From: Malacoraja senta
Lineage: Eukaryota
Direction: 5' to 3'
Assembly: GCA_038087875.1 (NCBI GenBank)
Contig: JAXLNO010000438.1
Coordinates: 682,001 to 746,000, forward strand
DNA: 64,000 nucleotides
The position numbers and the translations under genes are program-made. Below are positions 1-12,645 of this stretch, piece after piece (position 1 is the stretch's first letter; the number at the start of each line of letters is the position of its first letter). The notes below the pieces were generated by a model. It saw only the letters and a list, made by a program, of their open reading frames with translations. It was not told where the DNA came from and did not search any database.

Positions 1-845
1 ATGCGGGATAGACTGGTCATGGGCTGCAGGCCCGCATTCATCCAGCAGGCGATTCTCAAGGAATCGGACGCCTCATTGAAGAATGTGCTGCAGTGTGCTA
101 AGATGGCCGAGCTGCTAAGTAAAGGACAGCACAAAATGGCCGGCGAAACAGCGGTGAAGCTCCCTCAGGAGGTGCATACAGTTCGTCAGACTCGTCCGCA
201 ACGCCAGAAACCACTTGATCGACCCAGAGCAAATCCGGAGAAGGTGGGACAGTTTCAGAAGAGGCATCCCCCTGTGGGGGGAAGATCGAAACCCTGCTAC
301 CAGTGCGGCTCGACTGCTCATCATCACCATGAGTACCCGTATATCGAGTCCGTTTGTTATGCCTGTTACAGAAAAGGTCATCTCCAGGCAGTGTGTCAAT
401 CTGTAGGAAAGCAGAGAAAGGGCAAGAAAGCGCAAAACACAGTCAACCAAATCGCGAAGACCATTTCTATTGAAGTGCTCGGTCTACGATCACTGACAAG
501 CCGAGGATTTTGCTGCGGGTCTCGAACGTCGATCTACAGTTCCAGGTGGACACTGGTGCAGCTGTGTCGTTAGTGGGTCAGGACATCTGGGAGAGGATCG
601 GATTGCCGAAACTGAAACCAGCCAACATCCGCCTTTTCGGATACGGACGACAGCCCATTCCCACGAAAGGCAAATGCACTGTCGCCGTTTCCTGTAATGG
701 TATGACACAGATGTTGCCACTGATCGTCGTTGGCAAAGAAGGTACATCCCTGTGCGCCATTGACTGGATCCATGCTTTCAAGCTTGCCTTGAACGCCTTG
801 ATCTACGATGGATCAACTATGGCATTGTCATCTATGCCGTTCTCT
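1..845 (+). mobile_element. Ty3/Gypsy LTR-retrotransposon fragment: gag C-terminus with two zinc knuckles plus aspartic protease, frameshifted and truncated
   Basis: ORF 1-573 has CYQCGSTAHHHHEY (degenerate knuckle) and CYACYRKGHLQAVC (CX2CX4HX4C). ORF 510-878 has FQVDTGAAVS, a retropepsin D-T-G motif. No RT follows. Confidence 0.85.
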
Positions 846-905
846 GGAATTATTTTTAAACTGCCTTTACTAATTTAATTACTGTAGTAAATTAAAAATC
901 ATCTT

Positions 906-3900
906 ATTTTTTTTTTTTTTGAAAATATTATTTTATTGGAGATAAGTACACAACATATTATCATCATTACCAGTCTTACATTTTTAAATTGATAATATTG
1001 TCAATTAATATTACATTGTCTCCAATACCTTTTGCCTTTTTTTTGTTTTTTTTAAACTAGATAGAACTAAAAAGATAGATGAAGTAAAGAAAGAAAAGAG
1101 AAAGAAAAAAACAAAACAAAAAAAACAACAAAAAAAACCACAAAAAAAAGAAGAAAAAAAAAAAGAAAACAGAAAAGAAAAAGATAGTTAAAGAAGAATG
1201 GAAACATTTATTAAGATAAAAAACTTCGTTCGAGATATATTCGTACATTTCAGAGTATAACATTTCATCCATTCTTTAGCCCGAGTGTTAGTCAGATTCC
1301 TGTGCTGAACCATTCTGACCCTTTAAATAATCAATAAAGGGAGACCATGTTCCAACGAATAATTCCTGTTTGTCCAACAGGGAAAATCTGATTCTTTCCA
1401 CATTTAAGGTCTCCGTCATTTCTATAATCCACATTTTGATTGTGGGGGTTATAGGGCCTTTCCAAAATTTTAGAATTAATTTTTTTCCCGTTATTATACT
1501 ATAATCAATAAAGTTTCTTTGTGTTGTTGTAAATGTTTGATTTAATTCTAATGTTCCGAGTATTATTAATTTTGGATCCGGGTCCAATTGTGTGCTGGTC
1601 ACTTTAGATATTATACTGAAAATATTTACCCAGAATTTTTTAATTTTTATACAGTTTGCAAACATATGAGATAAGTTAGCTTCTAAATGTTGACATTTAT
1701 CACATATAGGTGAGATATGTTAAAAGATTTTATGTAATTTTGTTTTTGAATAATGTAACCTATGTATTACTTTAAATTGTATTAAAGAATGTCTGGCATT
1801 TAATGAACATTGATGTATGTGTTGTAAACTTTCTTCCCAAGTATCTTTCGTTATTATTTGATTTAATTCTTTTTCCCATGTTTGTCTGTGTAAGTCCGTC
1901 GATGGAATGTCACTGTCTAATAAAATATTATATATATAAGATATTAATTTTTCTATATTAGGATGTTTATTCCAACATTCATCAAGAATTTCTGAATTTC
2001 TAATTCGAAAATTTTGAGTATTCGATTTTACATAATCTCTGAGTTGAAGATATCTGAAAAAATCATTTCCTCGAAGTCCATAAGTCTGTTGCAACTCCTG
2101 AAATGTAAGGAAAGTGCCTTCCTTGTAAAGTTGTCCCATATTTTGAATTCCATAATTCTTCCATTGTGTAAAACCCCTGTCCAACCATGAGGGTTTAAAC
2201 AAAGGGTTATTCACAATTGGAAGAAAAAGTGATAAGTTATCTAATTTTAATGTCTTTTTTAATTGTTTCCAAATTCGTATAGCACTAAATATTATAGGGT
2301 TTTCCATATAATTTTTTTTGTTTAATTTAGACGTAGCAAATAATATCGAGCCGATATCAAAAGGTAAACAATCTTCCTTTTCCATTTTTAACCAATCTGG
2401 TTGTTGATCTATTTCTTCCAACCAGAAATTCATATTTTAAATATTAACTGCCCAAAAATAAAACAGAAAGTTTGGTAAAACCTAGCCTCCATTTATTTTT
2501 GATTTACACAAATGTCTTTTGTTTATCCTATGATTCTTATAATCCCAGATAAAATCATTAACAATGGAATCCAATTTTTTTTTAAAGTTTTTTGACAAAT
2601 ATATCGGAATTGTCTGAAAAAGGTATAATATTTGCGGTAAAAAAATCATTTTTATGGCATTAATTTTGCCAACCATTGAGATAGGAAGTGTTTTCCAATA
2701 TTGAATAATCTTATGTAGTTTGTTCAGTAATGGGGGAAAATTTGCTTTAAATAATGATGTATATATCTTAGTTACGTAAATGCCTAGGTATTTGAATTTT
2801 TTGTTTACTATTTTAAATGGAAATTGTTGTATTATCTGTTTGTTGTGTTCCCTTATTGGCATAATTTCACTTTTATTCCAATTTATTCTGTATCCTGAGA
2901 GTGAACCAAATTGGGTTATTAGCTTTAATAAGTTTGGAATACTAATTTCTGGTTTTGTAATGTAAATTAGTACATCATCTGCATATAGAGAAATTTTATT
3001 CACTGTATCCTTTGTGTTTTACCCATGTATTTCCGGATGACCCCTAACTCTTTCTGCAAGTGGCTCAATAGCAAGCGCAAATAATAATGGAGATAACGGG
3101 CATCCTTGTCTACAACCTCTAGATAGGCTGAATTTAGATGACAACCTTTGGTTTGTTAATATTCTAGCCGTAGGGTTTGTATATAACAGTTTTATCCATG
3201 TGCAGAATTTCTCCCCTAGCTGCATATTTTCCATCACCGAAAATAAATAGGACCATTCAACCTGATCAAAAGCTTTTTCAGCGTCAAGTGAGATTATTGC
3301 TAGATCTTCATTAATAATTCTCTTAGAATATATAATATTAAATAATCTTCTTAGATTATAATATGAGTACCATTTCTGAATAAAGCCTGTTTGGTCAGGG
3401 TGTATTCATTTCTTCATCACTGTACTTAATCTATGCGCTAGTATTTTAGTTAATATTTTCTGATCTGTATTTAAAGGTGCAATTGCTCTATATGATCCCA
3501 GATCTTCCGGATCTTTATCAACTTTAGGAATAAGTGTTATTATAGATTCATTTAAAGTATCTGGAAGTTTCTGTTGAGTATAGATATGCTCATGCAGCCT
3601 TTGTAAACGTGGGGAGAGCAAGTCATAAACATTTTTATAGAATTCAGAGCCTAAACCATCTGGTCCTACCGCTTTACCATTTTTTAAAGAGCCAATAGAC
3701 TCTTCAATATCCTTTATCGTAATCTCCCTTTCTAATAATTCTCTATCGTTTGAGTCTAAACCTTTTAAATTACATTTTAGTAAAAAATCTGCTATTCCTT
3801 CTGGTTGTACTACAGTTTTAGTTGAATAAAGATTATGATAGTATTGGAGAAATCTCTCGTTTATATCCTTGGGCATTTTTAATAATTCTCCTGTATCTGT

Positions 3901-4009
3901 TCTAATTTTATGAATTATTTTTTCCCCTTCCATTTTTCGTAACTGACGTGCTAATAGTTTTTGTGGTTTGTTTTCTAAACTCGAAATGTAATTGTTTGGT
4001 AACTTTATC
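906..4009 (-). mobile_element. L1/Tx1-clade LINE, 5'-truncated, ORF2 broken by stops and frameshifts
   Basis: Minus-strand ORF pieces contain GPDG, SYRAIAPLNTDQKIL, GCRQGCPLSPLLF, SLYADD and a C-terminal Cys/His region. The poly-A tail reads as a T-run at 907-920. An 11-bp TSD AAAATCATCTT lies at 895-905 and 4010-4020. Confidence 0.95.
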
Positions 4010-6033
4010 AAAATCATCTTCTAAAGCCGTGAACGCCGACAACGGGACGGACCTCATGTAGGGGACAAGGCAAGGTACACAGTTTATTTTTTCATTAAAA
4101 AGGGCTTCTTAGGATACCTTTAATCAAAATTTCACATTGCGAGAAGGTGACTTATTCCCCATACGAACCGGCAGTATTTTTCCTGCCGACATGGGGTTTA
4201 AATTCACCGCAAATGCAACGTTCCAATTGATCGCGTTCCAGAAAATCCCACTCGCAAGATGATTTAAATGGCCATTAATTTACGGGAATTAAACATTAAA
4301 TTCCTTCCATTTGGCCTATAAATTAATGACAATGACATTTAAAAATAATGTTATATTGCGAATTCTTGTGTGAATGTTATTTGGACACTTAGGCTATTTA
4401 AAAATGTTAATCTTTTCATAAGAAATTGATAGATGTTTAGATCTAGTAATTGAATTTTGTAATTAGCTACAATTGGGTAACTAACTAATTTTACTTTGGA
4501 GTCACGTGAGTGACTACGTGAAGAAGACCCGTCAGGGCGCATGCGCGTCATTACGTCGGTCGCATTGGCGCAGACAGGCTGGGAGGAACAGAGTCCTCCA
4601 GTGGTAAGTTTTTAAACTTACTTTTCAGGTTGTCCGTTGCAGGAATCTTTTTTCGCAGGTTCCTGCTGGACATGAAATTCAGCAGAACCCGATGGACCGC
4701 AGGGAAATATTTGACCGCGGGGATGCCGGCTTCGGACCGCGGGAGTGCGGTAGCAGGCGGCCGGTGGGTTTTGCTGGTTGAGTAGTGGACAGAACGGTCC
4801 GCGACTCCCGAGGTTTAATTCGGGCTGCGGGGTTTTTGTAGACCCCGTGTTCAGCAAGCTACGGTCACGATAGAGGTGGCTGTTAGGCTTGTTATTTCGA
4901 GTCACTGACAGGCAGGTCAGCGACTCCCGAGATGTGTTTTAAATATGGGCCACAGGGTTTCTCTAGACCACGGGGATACCGGCTACGGTCCGCGGTAAAG
5001 TGAGGAGCCGGTGGCAGTCGGACTTCTTGTTAGAGTCGCTGACAGTAAGGTCAGCGACTCCCGAGGGGTTACTACACGACTCATTGAGGCAGGGACCTCG
5101 AATTTGGCAGCCCATATGAGTATTAACTATGTGGAGCCTGGCCAGGAGGGACCCCTCTATTATATGTATGTCCTCACACATGCATTATCCTGATATGCTG
5201 CTCCATATCAGGGCAGGACATCAGGGGATTGCGGCAGCACCTGTTTTTTCAGGGCTGCGTACAAATTCCCGCAGTGGAGAGGAGTACAAGGGGTCAGTGT
5301 GTGGCTGACCCCAAGCCCAACTCAGGAAGTGAGATTAGTGGTTTATCACCCTTATGTGTCTATGGCAGTAGCATTTTCTGTTAATTCTGTGGAGGTTTCA
5401 GGTATGCCCTGCAAATTAAGGACAAACACAATATTGGGAAGCGTTCAAAAGGGTAGACATTATAGTTACCACTTGGTCACATTGTGACTATTATACCGAG
5501 ACAGATGATTATCATTTACTCAATTAAGGAAATGGGAAGCCTTGTATTATCAGTCACCTGTGGGAGTTACACCAGGTGGCATCATAGTAATTCTGCTCAT
5601 TAAAAGGGACTGTGCATGGTTTCCTCCCCAAGACGCCGGATTACTCATATTAAAAGTAAACAAATCCCAGGTTTAACTGGGATGGGCGTCTTTATTCACA
5701 TAAATGTCTTTGCCTATGACAAATAACTGTTAAGTTTTGTTCCAGCATTTCCCACTATGTCTGATGTACGGGGGCCAGAGGCGCTCCAATTCTTCCCTAT
5801 AGACGGCGTTGGCATCGAGAAGGAGCACGATTTGGAGTCGCTAGCACGTGCAGCCTGTTTGGGGAAGGAGGATACCAACAGAGTATCGAATTGCATGGCT
5901 AGCCCTGGTGGCTGCTGTAGGCAGCGACCTGATAACCCCAACTCAGAGTGAGTGCCAAGCCAGGGGTATCAATGTCAGACAACATTGCGTCTTGTTGCAA
6001 TCCAACAACGCTCCATCGTAAGGCATGTCAGGC

Positions 6034-6425
6034 AGCAACACCTAGTAAAGGGTTGCAAAATTCCCCCCACTCAAGGGAGTGGTCGAGAGTGCTACAGGAG
6101 GATGCACATGTGCCTGAAGCAACACCATTTTGCAGGGTTGCCATTCCTCCCACTTGGTGCACCACAGTGGTCAAGATAGTGCTAAAATACATGCACACAT
6201 GCCTGAGGTGACGCCTAGTAAAGGGTTGCCAAAATTTCTCCCACTCAAATGGCGGAGTGGTCGAGAGAGTGCTAAAGGAGTATGCACATGGGCCTGAAGC
6301 AACACCTGTTTGCAGGGTTGCCATTACTCCCACTCGGTTCTCCGTAGTGGTCGAGATGGTGCTAAAATACATGCACACAGGCCTGGGGCAGCTCCTGTTG
6401 CAGGTTGCATAAGTCCTCCCACGTG
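6034..6425 (+). repeat. Degenerate tandem array of ~87-bp units organised as ~175-bp dimers (A-B-A-B-partial) inside DIRS copy 1
   Basis: The motif GCAACACC..AGGGTTGC..TCCCACT..GTGGTCGAG..GTGCTA..ATGCACA..GCCTGA recurs at ~6034, 6119, 6208, 6299 and 6388. Units 1/3 and 2/4 are most alike. Confidence 0.85.
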
Positions 6426-6714
6426 GAGGTATAGCGGATGAAGATGGAGCCACACATATATGTGATAAGATTGTGGGGAATGGTGTTGAACAACATGCTT
6501 GGTACAGAGGCATGTACAAGCAAATGGAGGAGATGGATGGTGATACCTGCTTCAGCTTCGATAAGTCCTACTCTAAAAGAGTGTCTAAGGTTAGTATGGA
6601 TTAACTCCAAACAGGAATCCAAACATGGCTATGTGCCAGGATCCCATGCTGAATCCATGAGGGTAAGCAATGGGCGTTTGCCTCTAAAATTGCTGCTCAG
6701 TCGCTGATTGCTGA

Positions 6715-7742
6715 TCCATCCAGTGAAATCCAAATTAACACCTGACTATTTGGGTCACAATTGATTCAATTAAGTGACTCTGCCCAGGGAAAAAAGGGTA
6801 GAGCTAATTGACAGCTGTATCAAGCTAATTGAGGCATTAAGGATACATTTGGGTCATTATAATAGACCTATGCAGTTATCAGTAAAGGCTATTCTGATTT
6901 GCAATGGTGGATTCACCATGTGTCCAGGAGTTATAGCAAGGTAATGCTTGACCAGCCTTCCATGATTTTGCAGATGAATGTCAGTGCACTCGGGTGGGGT
7001 GTCACGGATACGAGTTTCAGCTGTGGAGGCAGATGGACTGAGCAAGAGGCATCGCTTCTGCAGACATGGGCAATTAACTATTAAGAGGTTTTTATGGACA
7101 AGGCTTATTGCTCTAACAAATGTAATCTGCATGTTCAGTTTCAGATTGACAATACTACGCAAGTGGCATATATATTAATCACATCGGTGGAATCAAGTCG
7201 GTATTTTGTGACAGATTGGCTAATCAAATTTGGGCCTGGTGCTTTGGAAAAGATATTTCAGCTATTTATCTACCAGGTAGATTCTACATAGTAGCAGACG
7301 CCAAGTCACGAAAGTTCCATGACAACATAGATTGAATGTTGAACCAGGAGGTGTTCAGTAATATAGTACTTGTATATGAATGCCAGATATCGATTTGTTT
7401 TGCATCAAGATTCAACCATCAGATGCCTCAATAGGTTTCATGGTAACCAGACCAGGTGGCAGTTGTAATTGATACTTTGACATTGAGGTGGTATGTTTTA
7501 TATATTTTCCCACCATTTTGCCTAATAGGTCGGAGTCTGCAAGAAATCAAGCAGGATGCCGCTTTGGGGGTGCTTGTAATACCTAATTGGCCGAATCAAG
7601 CATGGTTTCCCTTTGATGTTACAGTTAGGGATCCAACCTCTTTTTGGTGGTTCCCAAGCGTAGGAATTGACTGGAGCATCCGCTAACATGGGAAAGTCAT
7701 CTGTTATGTGATTGTATTGACTTGTTAATTTGCAGGTTTTAA
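6715..7742 (+). pseudogene. DIRS pol 3' remnant (RT tail, RNase H, Dam-like methyltransferase domain)
   Basis: Fragments QWWIHHV, NVSALGWG, QIDNTTQVAYI, YIFPPFCLI and PNWPNQAWF are collinear with copy 2 (about 44130-45295). Many frameshifts. Confidence 0.85.
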
Positions 7743-7744
7743 GA

Positions 7745-8710
7745 AGGCCATACCTGGAGCAAGGACTGTCTGGGTGAACGGTGGACATGCTCACTGTAGC
7801 CTGGAGAAAGAGTACTCAAAAGGGGTATATTTCTTATGTAAAAAATGGGAGCAATATTGTGTACAAAATAATATTGACTATAATACTGCAGGTATTGTGG
7901 ATATTTTAGAGTTCCTGTTGACACTCTATGATAATGAGGGGCTCAGTTATAGCACCATTAATACAGCTTTAAGTGCTTTCTCATCGTATGGTTTTGATGG
8001 GGTCATGAAAGATCCTATTGAGTTTCATCATATCATAACTGGATTGATGAAAGGAATTTCAACTCTAAACCTCCTAAACCCAGGTATATGGTGACCTGGG
8101 ATGTAAGTGAGGTCCTCAAGATGCTTTGACAGTGGGTTCCTGTCATGTCTCTGAATTTGCCAAACTAATCATGAAAGTGGTTATGCTCTTGGCATTGGTT
8201 CAGCATAGGAAGTGCAGATTTTGCAAAAACTTCTGCTAGACAGGATGGAAGTTGCTGAAGAGAAAGTTATGTTATATAATTGCGCCCTGCTTAAGCAGAG
8301 CAGGCCAGGTGTCACAGGTTTGTTAAAATTGTGTTTCAGCATAACCTACTGATCCATGTTTATGTGTAATGGCACATTTATTTTCATTATATTGAAGCTA
8401 TAAAGACATTAAGAAATGTGGAAACAGCATTGTTTATCAGTTACATGAAGCCACACAGGAGAGTGTCAGTGCAGACTATCTCAAGGTGGTTTAAACCAAA
8501 TGTTGATTAAGGCAGGATTAACACTGAAGTGTATATATCCTTTTTCCACTAGTGCAGCAGCAACATCGTCGGCTAGGGCGATGGATGTTCACAGCGGCCA
8601 TATTTTTATAGGTGCCAGGTGGTCGAATGAATTATTATTTTTTTTAATTTCCATCGGCCGATCGCCGATTGCAGAGGCTGTTTGCAAATTCAGTATTAAG
8701 TCCTGTTTAG
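7745..8710 (+). pseudogene. DIRS tyrosine recombinase remnant
   Basis: GLSYSTINTALSA, LMKGI and FSTSAAATSSARAMDV...GARWSNE are collinear with the YR of copy 2. Confidence 0.85.
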
Positions 8711-9595
8711 TTCCCCTGGGATAGACGGGTTACTGTTTTGTTTTGATTATTCAAATCAATTGTTACTGCATGATATTAACATGTCATGTTTAACGCATTA
8801 TTGATTGTTTCTCATCGAAAGTCAATCAATGCAGTGAGGCCGGGATTTGGATCTGCGGCATAAAATCACAGCTTTGAACCCTTCACGTAGTCACTCACGT
8901 GACTCCGAAGTAAAATAGTAAGATTAAACGAGAACTTACCAGTTTGAAGTTTGATCTTTATTTTATGAGGAGTTACGTTGGTGATTACGTGCCCGCCACG
9001 CCCAACCCTCTCTCATAAAAAAAGGTCATATGGTAGTTCTCATGTTGCTCATCTTAATATGTTACTTCAAATATTGTGTTGTCTGTGATTTCATCCCGCT
9101 GCTTTGAAGATTGACGCGCATGCGCCCTGACGGGTCTTCTTCATGTAATCACCAACGTAACTCCTCATAAAATAAAGATCAAACTTCAAACTGGTTAGTT
9201 CTCGTTTAATCTTACTATTATATGCTTTAATTTCAGGTCATCCAAGTAAGATTGTTTCATATTTGTTTCAGAATACTTCAATCTATAATAACTGAAAATT
9301 TCTTTCAGTTCTCTTAATTTTTAAGAAAGTTATGGGCTTTTGACTGTCCTTGATCACAGCTTTTGTGTTAAGTCAATGGAAAAGCAATAGGGAAGAAGAT
9401 GCTAATTTCCAAGTATGAAAATGGCCATAACTTTTTTAATACTGAAGAAATGAAAGTGAATTAGGTGTCAAATTAAACTTCTTTTCATGCTTTATCTGAT
9501 GGGATAAATTGCAGACTTGATTTTTTAAATCTCAAAATTTTGTAACATTGATAGTTCTAGTGAAGTCTCCTTTCTTAAATCCAAATGTAGTCACT

Positions 9596-9990
9596 TCACT
9601 CTATCCTCTTCGGACTACCAGCCATCTCAGGTATTAGTCTTCTAATCTTTCTTTGAATTGCTTCCAATGCATTAACATTCTTCCTTGACAGGCTAATACA
9701 GTTCACCGGATGTATATTTTTACCTTCAAAGTGGACAATTTCAAAATTTCCCACCTTATATTCCATTTTCCAGATCTCTCCCAATTCAACTTTCTACTCT
9801 GCATATTCTCTTAGTGTCTTAATTTCCTACTTTGTGGCATTAGCAAATTTAGTAAATATGTCGTCACTGCCTTCATCCATGTAATTTAAGTAAATTGTAA
9901 AATGTCGAGGACCTGGCATAAATCTCCATGGAACACCACTGATTACATCTGATCAGCCAGAAAAAAAAACCTTTTATGTCTACTCTCATC
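9596..9990 (-). mobile_element. Old CR1-like LINE fragments
   Basis: The minus-strand peptide WKMEYKVGNFEIVHFEGKN...LEAIQRKIRRLIPEM resembles the CR1 ORF2 C-terminal region at 14100-14500. Confidence 0.6.
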
Positions 9991-10025
9991 ATTATGTCAG
10001 CCAGCCGACTAATCATCTACCCATG

Positions 10026-10450
10026 TCAATATATTACTTTCTGGACCCCTTCCCCGGGTAAAAGACTTTGTGAAATCTCCTTACATATTCCTCTCATGAT
10101 TTTATACACCTCTATAGGATCACCCCTTCGCCTCCTGTGCTCCAAGGAATAAACTCTTAGCCTGCCCAATCTCTCCCTGAAACTCAATCCCACAAGTCCT
10201 GGCAACATCCTCGTAAATCGTCTTTGTACTCTTTCCAGCTTAATGACATTGTTCCTGTAGCAGGATGACCAAAACTGACACAGTACTCCAAATTCAGTCT
10301 CATCAACGTTTGGTACAACTGCAATATAATGTCCCAAATTCTAAACTCATTACTCTAGGTCAATGCACCAAAAGCCTACTTCAACACCTTATCTACCTGT
10401 AATGCCACTTTCAAGGAAGACGTACATGTACTCCTTGATCCCTCTGCTCT
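10026..10450 (-). mobile_element. CR1 LINE 3' fragment
   Basis: LERVQRRFTRMLPGL...LEHRRRRGDPIEVYKIMRG matches the CR1 ORF2 C-terminus. Confidence 0.85.
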
Positions 10451-11406
10451 ACACCACTCCCTATGGCTCTTTCATGTGTCAACACAGGCATGCTCTTGTC
10501 CTGCCCTACCAATCACACACACACACACACTCATTCGATCTCAAAGCAGGTTCAGTTTATTCTTTGGCACATTTGGTGCTGCAACAAACGACCTTTTATT
10601 TTCAAATGTCAAAGTAGCAAACATCATTACCTCTTGAACTCCAATAATCCTCTAGATTTTTTTCTCCTTCAATGTCCTCTGACCTATCTCTCCCTCTAGC
10701 TTCATTTCCTGCTGTGTTTTTACCATCCCTTTTGATCTTCCCCTCCCTGCTTCCAAATTATCAGTCTCAGCAAAACACGTAAGCTTTGTTCCCCATGTCT
10801 CTATCTGGATGAATTCTGAGCCCAATATGACATTGGCATCTTCTTCCACTGCCTCTGCCTCCATGCCCATTGCTTTGGCCATGAGTCTTTACTCCAGATT
10901 GTAGACACTTTCTCCCATCACCAGAATTTCTAATCCTCCGAGACACCTCCCTCTAGCTTTTGACCTTCTCCACACACATTCCTTGCTAACAACCAAAGAG
11001 ACGTTCACCATCTTGATTTTTCCTGTTTCCACTCACACACTCTTATCTACTCCTTTCTTTATATGCAGCACTCCGTTCACTGATAACTAACTCTGGTCAC
11101 TTACAAACTATCTTTGACTTGAAATGTTAATGTAATTTATTTTCTTTCCACAAATGTTGCCTGACCTACTGAATGTTTCTACCATTTTCTCTTTTACATA
11201 GTAGGGAGAGATCAGCTCTGGATTTGGGTGGGGACAGTTTTCCAGAAACTGGTAAATTCATATGTTTGGGAAGGCGAAAAACCAGGAGTAACTGGAGTTG
11301 GGAACTCACAGCAGTAGATTGGTACAGGTAAATTCAGACTAGCGTGCAGTAGAGTGTGAGAATGTAGACATCCTTAACTAGGATTTGGGGAACATTGGCT
11401 AGAGTA

Positions 11407-11714
11407 GGGCGGCACAGTGGCGCAGCGGTAGAGTTGCTGCATTATAGCGCCAAGACACGGGTTTGATCCCGACTATGGGTGCTGTCTGTTTGGAGTTTGT
11501 ATGTTCTCCCCGTGACTGCGTGGGTTTTCGCTGAGATCTTCGGTTTCCTCCAACACGCAAAAGACGTACAGGATTGCAGGTTAATTGACTTGGTGTAAAT
11601 GTAAAAATTGTCCCTAGTGTGTGTAGGATAGGGTTAGTGTGCAGGCATGGTTGGTTGTCATGGACTCGGTGGGCCGAAGGGCCTGTTTCCACGCCATATC
11701 TCTAAACTAAACTA
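11407..11714 (+). mobile_element. tRNA-derived V-SINE (HE1-like)
   Basis: tRNA-like head GGCACAGTGGCGCAGCGGTAGAG...GGTTTGATCCC; V-domain-like GAGTTTGTATGTTCTCCCCGTG..CGGTTTCCTCC; (CTAAA)n tail. Three more copies occur in the window. Confidence 0.85.
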
Positions 11715-12645
11715 GGTATGAACTCACCAATGGGTGGATTGGGAGAATCTCAATTACTTGAACTGGATTAGCTAAACGAGACTTTGAAAATTGGAGCAGT
11801 AAACCAGCAAAGCACGAGCCCAAGAAAGTAGAGCAACAGGAATTCTAAGCAAGGTCAAGGAAAGTGATTATTAGGCCAGAAGTTGGACCTGTGAGTGCAA
11901 AAGCCATTGATTTAGTGATCTGGGCTCTGAAGCATTAGGCTTGTGATAAAGGGGTTTGGACTCACAGAGAGTGCTCAGACACTTGGGAGCATTGTCTAGA
12001 GCCCTGGGAGTGTTGTGTCGTGTTGAATGGGGGAGGGGGGGCAATGATCCCAGAAGGAAAATGCAATGATCCCAGAGGGAAAGTTTAAATCTAGATTGAG
12101 AGAAAAATGCAAACTTAAGGCTGGTTGAACAGGGGAGGCTAATGATAGGGAATCGATAGTATTACTAGTGAAAATTGTGAAGCAGGCAAAGGAATATAAT
12201 GAAGGCATTGAATGAATTAACATTCCCAACTGGGAGTCCTGAAGATGAAGAGAAAAACGAGGCATTTAGGGAGATTTAAAAATTCTCAGCCTGTTTCCAA
12301 AGATGGATTTGGTGAGTTTGTGTGAATAGGATTTTGAAGAGACAATTGAACATGTGGTAGGTGCTTGCAAATATTTAAGTGTTTTTGATTAGTTGCCTGC
12401 AAATTAACAGGTTTCTCATCCTCCAAACACTTGGAAACTTTCAAGCACATCAAACATTGTGCCATATGCAAGACCTTTAATTATATAGAGATTACATTAT
12501 GATTTTTTAGATTGTATGTAATTTCCGAACAGTTGTAATTACAAATAAAAGTCACCAATACACAATGAGGTTTGCAAATGACTAGAGGAATCTTTAACCA
12601 GAAAAAATTGGCTGAAAGCACACATTACTTTGTATTATTACCAAG

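Larger units (their letters stand above)
4488..9219 (+). mobile_element. DIRS1-like tyrosine-recombinase retrotransposon, copy 1, internally rearranged and RT-less
   Basis: Left terminus ATTTTACTTTGGAGTCACGTGAGTGACTACGTGAAG; internal complementary region (ICR) 8881-8991; right ITR 9112-9219; ATT at both junctions. Decayed RNase H, methyltransferase (YIFPPF) and YR remnants are present. Confidence 0.93.
4021..9555. repeat. Older unclassified interspersed repeat (possibly DNA-transposon-like), split by DIRS copy 1 into 4021-4487 and 9220-9555; it likely also extends left of the L1
   Basis: Rejoining the DIRS flanks gives a continuous AT-rich sequence (CTAACTA-ATT-ATATGCTTTAA), and the L1 TSD links 850-905 to 4021. 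The class is not established. Confidence 0.4.

Noticed and set aside
470..515. Programmed gag-pro frameshift in the Gypsy fragment
   Set aside because: No slippery heptamer is visible; a decay indel is more likely.
1057..1272. Phe-rich ORFs (also 37916-38113 and 63430-63645)
   Set aside because: Translations of T-rich L1 3' UTRs.
6034..6425. CRISPR-like repeat-spacer array
   Set aside because: The units are homologous along their whole length rather than repeat plus unique spacer; the context is eukaryotic and there are no cas genes.
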